Origin: Malacoraja senta
Lineage: Eukaryota
Assembly: GCA_038087875.1 (NCBI GenBank)
Contig: CM075985.1
Coordinates: forward strand, 16,430,001-16,494,000
Direction: 5' to 3'
DNA length: 64,000 nt
Shown here: piece after piece, positions 14,666 through 25,400 of the stretch
How the letters are laid out: each line of letters starts with the position of its first letter
How positions within the stretch are numbered: position 1 is the first letter of the stretch
Notes under the pieces: generated by a model
What the model saw: the letters and a program-made list of their open reading frames with translations, nothing else
Told to the model about the DNA's origin: nothing
Database searches by the model: none
Program-made: the position numbers and the translations under genes

Positions 14666-14671
14666 TTTATT
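14666..14671 (-). terminator. Candidate proximal poly(A) signal AATAAA
   Basis: tgtgtaagtAATAAAatgttaatgtgtac on the gene strand, about 1.7 kb after the stop codon. Confidence 0.3.
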
Positions 14672-16371
14672 ACTTACACATCATGAAATACTGAATCGCT
14701 CTTGCAGACGTTTTACAGCGTACCTCTGTTTTTGAATAAAAATAGATGACCCAAACAACCAAAACGTTGCAGTGATTTTTGCTGCCATCTTTTTTTTTTA
14801 CTGATGCAGTTTAAATTATTTTGTCATTTAAATTATTTACTTTAGGAAAATTCTCCCTCCCTATAGCCCCGGACAGCTGATGTTGACAGAGCAATTATTA
14901 TATTTCAGAATAAATACTTTGGAGTAATGATTTTACATTGAAATAAAGAACTTGTATCCTCTCAGTAAATGCTCTGCACCGTCAAGCTGAAGCGTGAAAT
15001 GGAAATCCTTAATATTAGCCCAAAGCTCTATTCAACTTGAAGGCACACCTTTTTGGGTTTTGTTGTCTTTACAATGTGTAGGGTTGTTATCAGCAGCATG
15101 ATTTGTAGGTAAATACAATGATTATCTGACTCTGATATGAAATCCCAAATTGCAGCTCATAATCTTTAATTTCCCCATAGAATCAAATGGCTTTCAAATT
15201 TCAGCTTAATCTATTTTGCAATAAATTCAAATTTCATTTGCTGCATTCCAAACAATTTGGGAATTTTCCTGTACATCAATTAAGTGACTGACACAACTCT
15301 TATTTCTCATGTTACAGATATTCCTCAGAAGTAGATTGTCATAATCCAGCCTTCAAATTAATACTAGCCATTCAAAAATATATAATCTAAATTTTGTAAT
15401 GGCTTTTAGTATCATTCCCAATCTTTCAGCCTGTTCACTGCACTTTGAGAGAGGTATGTTTGACAATATTCAGTTGCTTTAAGTGAAACAGTTATATCAC
15501 ATCATATTATCTAAATTCCACATCAACAACATTTCACTCACTCAATCGCCCTTGCACATTAACTATACTCCAATATTGAAACAAAAAGAGAAAATAGTAG
15601 CAGCATCTCATGCAAAAAAAGCATCAGTGTCCAAACTCAATTGCCACAATGACAGCTTTTTCATTCACAAGCCTTAGCACTATTTCTTATGTGGGGTACA
15701 ACAATCATTAAGCATTTGCTTCAGCAAACATGAAGGGCGTCAGGCATTGAATTATGGCTTAATGGGAGGAAAGAGGAGGGTAACAGGCATCCTTTGGTAA
15801 CAGAACAGCAAATGATAACATAATGGTATATAAAGCCACGGAATAATCAGTGGCCTTTGGTGCTTGAAATGGTTGCAATTACTCCTTCGTAATGTTTAAG
15901 TTTTCCAATGTATATTACCATTAGGGCAGGTGGCCATGCTTACATGTTACCTGCCCATTTAAATGGTGTTAAAATTAGTTACAGGCAGCCAATGTAAGCC
16001 ATGAACTAAAAATATCCTTCATCCTAATTCAAGTCAGCTAAACAAAAAAATGAACCTGATGATAATTAAATCTAGATTTTTTAAAATCATTTGTTTCTTT
16101 TGTATAAATGCATTAACGTTCCCATAGGTTGCCTGGCAGGTTTCAGTACTGACAATCCAATTTGCTACCATTGTATGACCGTTAAATTTATTTTAAACTC
16201 GTCAATGGAGCACCTTAACCATTTTTCATATGGAGAGTCAACAATGAATCTTTCACACAGTGATACACCAGGATATGAATATGGTCAGTCTTCTACTGCC
16301 TGGGGACAAAAGTTTCCAAGGCTACAGAGTGGTGGATCTAGAAAGCTGAGATGGATGTCCGTTCTCTGCGG

Positions 16372-16488
16372 TCATGATGGATAAGGCCTGGCACTACTTA
16401 GCAGCCAGAGCAGAACAAGCTGGATTCCTATCATTGACCATAAGGATGGGCTCAGACTAGAGCTCCCGCCACACTCAGTGTCATCCTC
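16372..16488 (-). CDS. CACNA2D1: CACNA2D1 canonical terminal exon, coding part ([38 protein letters not shown]), GPI-signal-type C-terminus
   Basis: ctaac...tttctccccttggcaacag|GAGGAT; stop TGA at 16374-16372; matches human EDYTDCGGVSGLNPSLWYIIGIQFLLLWL. Confidence 0.95.
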   Translation of the reverse strand, partial: EDDTECGGSSSLSPSLWSMIGIQLVLLWLLSSARPYPS

Positions 16489-19400
16489 CTGTTGCCAAGG
16501 GGAGAAACATAAAGTTAGTGACCACATCGCATCCTGTACCAGCAGTTCTCAATTGATCTCTTAAGCTAAGGCAGCATTTAAGCACATTTATTTTTGCAGT
16601 CTTAATACCATTTGCATTGCTTCAATTATGGAGATACACGGAACTGCAGATGTTGCTTTACAAAAGAAGACAAAGCAAGTAACTAGGCAAGTCAGGCAGC
16701 ACCTCAGGAGAACATGGATAGGCCATAGATGTTTCGGGTCTGGACATGGATAGACTACAGAACATGGATAGTTGATGTTTTGGAGAAACAAAGAACTGCA
16801 GAAGCTGGTTTATACCAAAGATAGACTCAATGTTCTGGAGTAACTCAGTAGGTTAGCCAATATCTCTGGAGGGAAAGGAATAGGTGACGTTTCAGGCCGA
16901 GTCCTTTCTCTCTCTACTTCTTCGAAAAAGGGTCCAGATCTAAAATGTCACCTATCCTTTTCCCCAGAGTTGCTGCCTGAGTTACTCCAGTACTTTAAAT
17001 CAATCTTCAGTCGACGTTTTGGGTCTGGTCCCTTCTTCAAACTCTGAAGAAGGATCCCGACCCATTATGTCACCCATCCATGTCCTCTTGATTTGCTCCC
17101 TGACCCGCTGAGTTTCACCAACATTCCATATCTTCTTCTGCTTCAATTATGGGGCCTTTTTTTAAAAACACATTTGTGAGTCCTACTCTGAGATTCGGTA
17201 TTGAAGGAATTGTGAAATGAATAACATTTCTTTGGTTCAATTGGTGTACAACTCAAGCTCAGGAAAATAAAATCAAGCTATCAGCACCGAACATGTCCGA
17301 AATATCTTCAACCAATTGCCTGAATGTTTAGCACTGGCAACTAATGAAGATTTTGCCCATTAATCTACAATATTAAATGTATTTAAAACATAGAACTGAA
17401 GATACTCACTTTTTGCCTTTAAGACACAATTGAATATCCTTTTAATTCCATCTGACTGCCACAAGACAGGTCTGGATTATTAGAGCACACTTGTGGAGAT
17501 ACAGGACCTAGAACTTTCTATTCCTATTCCATGGCGCTAACTCATTCAAGCACACACACCAAAGACCAACTGCAACAAGGACTTCATGTCACCAGTGTTC
17601 AACATCAAAGCAGCCCTTACAGGTAACAGTTCCATCTCATCTCGGCTGTGACTAAAGTTCCTACACTGTCTGAGATATTAAAGTATTTCACCCTGCAAGC
17701 AGTTATACAAACAGACCCTTGCCACTCCCTTCTCAAACTGGTGTTCATACTCAAGAAATAGGCAATGCACTAACAGCGTTTTTTAGACTCTCACAACATA
17801 AGTTTTAGTTCAATTAAATTATATAGGGAGACTTTGAAAGGAAGCAGATTGCCATTTTTCTGGTGCACAGAACAAGGCGAACTACAATGTTTCTCATATT
17901 TTATAGCATCCCACACTCCTTAAGCATGAGTAATTTCCTTTGAAGTACACAGACTGCTTTAGGTGGGGTATGACCCGAGCATTAAACAGAGGCTTCTTTC
18001 TCTCTCTTGTGGATGACACCCTACACCACAGCACAGGAACCCAGATTTGTGAACAAAATTAAATGTTCTGAGAAAAAGAGAAAAACTGGGAAATGCAGAG
18101 AAAGAACAAAACTATCTTTTGTTTTGTTTTCCTGTTCCAAGCTAACCATGTGAAGCCCAGCTGCCAACAAAAAAAGCATGGAAATGGGAATAAAATGATG
18201 CTGATGTATTGGATCTTCGCTTAATATTTGTGGTAGTGGTGCGTCTGGCTACAGCCTTAATCAGAAAACTGCAATGTATTAAGTAACTTGGCCTGCCATG
18301 ATGTAGGTGGCCCAGTGAAGTGATGTTAATGGCAGGACTTCAGGTGAATGCCAGGTTATTCCAGTAAAGATGGTGATGCACATTCTAATGGGAAAAATAC
18401 ACAGAACTTGAAGAAGTCTGAATTAGTTTGCAGTGTTGGTTTTTCTTGGGGGAAGGGGCGGGGATGGCACTTATTCCAAATCTGATTATTTCTCTGTGCT
18501 TGTTTATAATCAGTAATTTATAATTAGTGTGGAAGAAAGTCAGGAGACTCCCTCCTCACAACCCACGGTGTTGACTCTGTAACTAGGCCTGGCAATGCCC
18601 ATAAACTTGAAAGGAGCAGGGAAATGGCTCAGAGCAAAGGATACGATGCTCAACTAAAGGTAAACTTAGACCTAGTGTCAGGAAGTTCTTCACTCCAAGA
18701 ATGATCTACAGTTGAAATGAGGCGATTAAATTATTTCAGGAATAATTCGATTCTGAATGGGTAAATTAAAACAAGCTAAGGAACCTTCCTCCTATGTAAG
18801 AAGAACTATTTTGAAGTTTTAACAATAGTCATACTATTGGAAAGTATTTATGTTGAAATAAGTCAAATCAATGCTATAGTTTTATTGTCACTTCTTCATT
18901 ATTTGGATCTTTAATAAAATTGTGACTCTTTCTTTCTTAGCTTTGTAACACATGTTCCAACTTATTGACTCCCAATGTCTTCCAAAAGTTCACAGCAAAG
19001 AACTGTCAACGTTTCTGATTTGCATTTGCATCACAATTCCAATCCTCAATACTATTTTTAAGGCTAGGTGTATACAGAGCGAATTGAACTATATAATTTT
19101 ACAGGATATGGCTAGAATGAGATCCTCATTCCAGATGGTTAAATTAACTATTCTAACTTTGTCACTTCACACCACCTGTGATATTAACTAAGATTTTCTC
19201 TCTGCATTAGCCTCCATGCCTGACCTTGTTGGGAATGTCCCATAGCCCTGCTACGTACAACACATTTAGGCTTCATTGATTGTATAATCAACCCTCTGAC
19301 TGCCTCCATGAACCCCACAGCCACTCTATCAAAGGTGTTCCCTTTCTCTTTTATCTACCATCCTCTTCTCCATCATCACCCAGAAAATGGAGAACAGGAA

Positions 19401-22400
19401 GAGCTTGAAAAGGGAAGGGTATTAACTTGTAAGGGGAACTTGGGAGATTCATGGCCACATTCAATCAAACTTACTAAACTAAAAAAACACAGCAAGCTAG
19501 TCTTTTGAAAAATCATGCTGACTATGAACCATCAAAAACCATAAATTGACATAAAAAATACTTTCCAACACTACAATATGTATTTTTGCTTTTAGAAATA
19601 ATATTTGGAAAATAAGTTGAGATGATGCAGATAATGTTGAAAAGTCGTTTTTTATGTCAATTTATGATTTTTGATGGTTATAGTCCATCAAAAATCTGCA
19701 TCATCTAAACTTATTTTCCAAATAATATTTCTTAAAGCAAAAATATATATTGTAGCGTTGAAAAGTAGTTTATGTCGATTTATGATTTAAGAATACTTAA
19801 ATGTGGTTAATATTTGCTATAATTATCTTTTATCTATTGAGATAAAAACTTTGAACAATTATTTTTTGCCAGTGAAACTAAATTCAAATATATCATTAAA
19901 GAATACAGAAACAATGCACAAACAATTACTGAGTTCTGAGAAGCATTGAAAATTGATAGCTCAACAAACAATTACTGTAGTTCAGAAAAGAAACTTAATT
20001 TTAAAAACTAATATGAAATATCAAACCACTCTAAGTTCGCTCTGGACCACAATTATTTGTAGGATGTTAGTTTCATGTTAATATCACACCTAAGAAGGAA
20101 ACTACAGAACAAAATCCAGTGAAAGTAACTGACCCTCCGCACCACATCAAAACTTGCAGTAAAATGAAGAGAGGAGCTGACGCCACGGCAGGGGCACGAC
20201 TTGTTGTGCATATAGGCTCATCCTATTAACAACGGGCAAAGTAGCAAGAAGGAAAAAAAGGGAACACAAAAAAAAAGACATAACAAAATGAGTTCATGCA
20301 TTTTTTGCTGCTGGCAGAGATAATGTGGGCGTCCACCTAGAGCAGAAAGTCACAGTGTAAATCACAAAACAGAAAATACCCCACTATTAACAAATTAAAA
20401 AACACACACAGTCACACGTCAATCAGCAAAGACATCAAGCTTGTGAGCAACAGTGTTACTGTACTTTCACGCATCGAATTTATGGGGAGCTATTTTTGTC
20501 ATCAGGAAAGATGAGGAATGTTCAGATCTTTCAGCTAGTTGTAGGTGAAGTTCATGCATTGATGCACAATGTGGATTTTTGTTTTCAGTGACTCAATCCC
20601 CAAGCACAGTGGCGCAGTGGTAGAGTCACTGCCTTACAGTGCCTGAGACCCAGGTTCAATTCTGAATATGGGTGCTGTCTGTACGGAGTTTGTATATTCT
20701 CCCTGTGACCATATGGGATTTCTCTGGGAGCTCCGGTTTAATCCCACATCCCAAAGACGTGTAGGTCTGCACATTTTATCTCTGTTTGCTTTGTTGTTAC
20801 CTTCTCTTAGCTAACAATGATCTATTCTACATTTTAATTGATCTACATCCGCTTTGCCTCATTTTCACACTTTACACTTCCTTATCTCGGTATTTTCCTC
20901 TCCCCTGACTCAGTCTGAAAAAAGGTCTCGAGACGAAACCCATTCCTTCTATCCAGAGATGCTGCCCGTCCTGCTGAGTTACTCTAGCATTTTGTGTCTA
21001 TCTTCAGGCCTGTAGGTTAGGTCTGTAGCTATTGGCTAAATTGTCCCTAGTATGTTGGATAGAACTGGTGTATGCGTGATTGCTGATTGGCGCAGACTTG
21101 GTGGACCTGTTTCAATGCTGTGTTTCTAAACACGTGATGACAGCAATATTCTGTCTAATTGGATTATCGAACTTCATTGCTTCATCATCAGGCAAATGGA
21201 TCTCATTCAGGATCTGCAGCAATGAAGTGTTCATTTTGCATGTCAGGATACATAGAAACAGAGAAAATAGGTGCAGGAGTAGGCCATTCGGCCCTTTGAG
21301 CCTGCACCGCCATTCAATATGATCATGGCTGATCATCCAACTCAGTATCCTGTACCTGCTTTCTCACCATACCCCCTGATCCCTTTAGCCACAAGGGCCA
21401 CATCTAACTCCCTCTTAAATATAGCCAATAAACTGGCCTCAACTACCTTCTGTGGCAGAGAATTCCAGAGATTCACCACTCTCTGTGTGAAAAATGTTTT
21501 CCTCATCTCGGTCCTAAAAGATTTCCCCCTTATCCTTAAACTGTGACCCCTTGTTCTGGACTTCCCCAACATCGGGAACAATCTTCCTGCATCTAGCCTG
21601 TCCAACCCCTTAAGAATTTTGTACGTTTCTATAAGATCCCCCCTCAATCTTCTAAATTCTAGCGAGTACAAACCGAGTCTATCCAGTCTTTCTTCATATG
21701 AAAGTCCTGACATCCCAGGAATCAGTCTGGTGAACCTTCTCCCTCTATGGCAAGAATGTCTTTCCTCAGATTAGGAGACCAAAACTGTACGCAATACTCG
21801 TCTCACCAAGACCCTGTACAACTGCAGTAGAACCTCCCTGCTCCTATACTCAAATCCTTTTGCTATGAATGCTAACATACCATTCGCCTTCTTCACTGCC
21901 TGCTGCACCTGCATGCCTACTTTTAATGACTGGTGTACCATGACACCCGGGTCTCGTTGCATCTCCCCTTTTCCTAATCGGCCACCATTCAGATAATAGT
22001 CTACTTTCCTGTTTTTGCCACCAAAGTGGATAACCTCACATTTATCCACATTATACTGCATCTGCCATGCATTTGCCCACTCACCCAGCCTATCCAAGTC
22101 ACCTTGCAGCCTCCGAGCACCCTCCTCACAGCTAACACTGCCCCCCAGCTTTGTGTCATCCGCAAACTTGGAGATGTTGCATTCAATTCCCTCGTCCAAA
22201 TCATTAATATATATCATAAATAGCTGGGGTCCCAGCACTGAGCTTTGCGGTACCCCACTAGTCACTGCCTGCCATTGTGAAAAGGACCCGTTTACTCCTA
22301 CTCTTTGCTTCCTGTCTGCCAGCCAGTTCTCTATCCACATCAATACTGAACCTCCAATACCGTGTGCTTTAAGTTTGTATACTAATCTCTTATGTGGGAC

Positions 22401-25400
22401 CTTGTCGAAAGCCTTCTGAAAGTCCAGATATAACACATCCACTGGTTCTCCCTTATCCACTCTACTAGTTACATCCTTGAAAAATTCTATAAGATTCGTC
22501 AGACATGATTTACCTTTCATAAATCCATGCTGACTTTGTCCAATGATTTCACCACTTTCCAAATGTGCTGCTATCCCATCTTTAATAACTGATTCTAGCA
22601 GTTTCCCCACTACCGACGTTAGACTAACTGGTCTGTAATTCCCCATTTTCTCTCTCCCTCTCTTTTTAAAAAGTGGGGTTACATTAGCTACCCTCCAATC
22701 CTCAGGAACTACTCCAGAATCTAAAGAGTTTTGAAAAATCATCACTAATGCATCCACTATTTCTGGGGCTACTTCCTTAAGTACTCTGGGATGCAGCCTA
22801 TCTGGCCCTGGGGATTTATCGGCCTTTAATCCATTCAATTTACCTAACACCACTTCCCGGCTAACCTGGATTTCACTCAGCTCCTCCATCTCATTTGACC
22901 CCCGGTCCCCTGCTATTTCCGGCAGGTTATTTATGTCTTCCTTAGTGAAGACAGAACCAAAGTAGTTATTCAATTGGTCTGCCATGTCCTTGTTCCCCAT
23001 GATCAATTCACCTGTTTCTGACTGCAAGGGACCTACATTTGTTTTAACTAATCTTTTTCTCTTCACATATCTATAAAAGCTTTTGCAGTCAGTTTTTATG
23101 TTCCCTGCCAGTTTTCTTTCATCATCTATTTTCCCTTTCCTAGCTACCAGCTACTTTCAACTCAAACAAAGAATTCCTCAGTCGTATGAGTAAAAGCCAC
23201 GGCAGAGGCATTGTAAAAGGTGAAAAGTCAGAACAAAAGTGAAATACAGTAACTTCTACACGTGAGCAGAAAGGGTTTCATCTTCGACAGTGCTCCATTA
23301 TCACAATCGAACGGATGCCTAGATTTTTCTGTTCCCAGATTTGGATGGGATTGCAACTTAGGATACTTGAGGATGCTTCCTGCTATAACACAGCTGGCAC
23401 AAGGAAGTGCTCAAAGTTCATATGGAGTCATAGATAAAAAGTAGTAAAGTCAAACAGTGCGGAAACAGACTCTTTGGCCTAACTTGTCCATGCCGACTAA
23501 GATGTCCCATCTACGCCAGTCCCATTTAAAGTCATGGAGACATTGAGTCAATGGAAGTAGAGGGAAATTTACAAAAATGATTCTTCACACTGAGGGTATT
23601 TAGGATGACAAATTCTCTTTACAATGCTTTGTGCATCTGTCAATATATATATATTTTCTCAGAGAAATCAAGCAGATTTCCTTTGCTTGTTATCCAACAT
23701 AGCCAGTACCCACAGAGCCTCTACCTTACACACTGACTGACTTCCTTAAATGGAATTCAGTACAGAAATAGACCGATTTGTTATTTGATTGGCCTTCTTT
23801 TGTTGGAGAGTCTTATGATATTACAGAGACGATTTGTACAGGAGGAATTAAACTCCAAGCACTGGGGACAAAGTCGAGTCACAATTTACCTGATTTTTTT
23901 GCCTGAAAGTAGAGTATTCAGAGAAAGGATATCGAAAGCTGCAGTTAATTTAATGTTAACATTCCGAAAGAGTTATGATATGTAATCAAAATAAAAAAAC
24001 TATGGTCCAGAGCAATGACACATTTGTGCAAGGTTGCTATCTGGACACATCCTTGCCAGATGCTACTTTCAAAAAGTAGCCAACAGCAATACTCCCTGAT
24101 GTCCATTCACTTTCCTCGTTTCTCTTTGAATCCAAACTTTGCATACTTACACGCTCATCAGAATCAAAGCATGCTTCGGGACCTTTCCTATGTCTGGGAT
24201 TCTTAGCTAAAAAACAAGGATCTGGTCCATCAGCTGTAAAGTCTGATTAAGGAAGAAACACAACACCAAAAAAACAAAAACACATTCCATTGTTGAAACA
24301 AAGCACTGCAGATGCTGGTTTACCAAAGAAGGCACAAAAGGCTGGTAACTCAGCGGGTCATGCAACATCTCTGGAGAACATGTATTAGTATGAAGAAGGG
24401 TCCCAACCTGAAATATCACTGATCCATGTTCTCCAGAGATGCTGCCTAACCCGCTGAGTTACTCCAGCACTTTGCATCTTTGCATTCCATTGTTGCTCAT
24501 TTTAATTTTCCAGGTTAAAATAATTTTGTCCGTTGTGAACTAATAGTGTGGATATTTTGGCATTATTTGGGGAGGGACTGCATGCTGAAAGGTTAAAGGG
24601 AAATTGGTCAAATTTGCAGGGTTGCCAGTATTTTATTTTATTTTTTTATTTTTTTATTTTTAAAAATATTTTATTTATTAGAAGTAAGTACATTACATTT
24701 TGATTGTACCTTTTTACAGGTTCCTAGAATTATTAAAACATTTTATGTACAACTTCCTTTTTTTTTTTTTGCAAAGAAATGAGAAAGAAAGAAGTAGTGA
24801 AGAGTAAAGAAAAGTCTAGTGAGTGTGAAGTAAAGAAAATAAATAAGTAAGAAAGTGAAGCAGAAAGGAGATTCTCCCTCGCCACAAGTCGATGCTTTTT
24901 TATATTCTTAATCATTTTTCGCCCAAACCCCTATTTTTTTTAATTTTACAATACTATTGCACCACATGAATCCACAAGGTCAATAAATGGAGACCAACTC
25001 GTTAAGAATTGGTCTTGTTTATCTATTAGGAGGAGTATCATTTCTTCCAAGTGGGCAGTTTCCAACATATTACCAATCCACATTTTGAGTGTTGGTATAG
25101 TAGCATTTTTCCAAAATTTAAGTATGAGTTTTTTTGCTGTTATTAAACCATAATTTAAAAATGAAATTTGGGATATATTTAATCTGTTTCCATCTCCTAC
25201 TACTCCGAAGATAATCATTTCCATATTAGGTTCCATTTTTATCTTAAATAAACTAGTAAATATATCAAATATATCATACCAAAATCCATGAAGTTTTGTG
25301 CAAGAAACGAAAGAATGTGTGATATTGGCATTTTGAGAAAGACATTTATCACAGATGGGAGAAATATTTGAATAAAATTTATTCAACCTAACTTTTGAAT

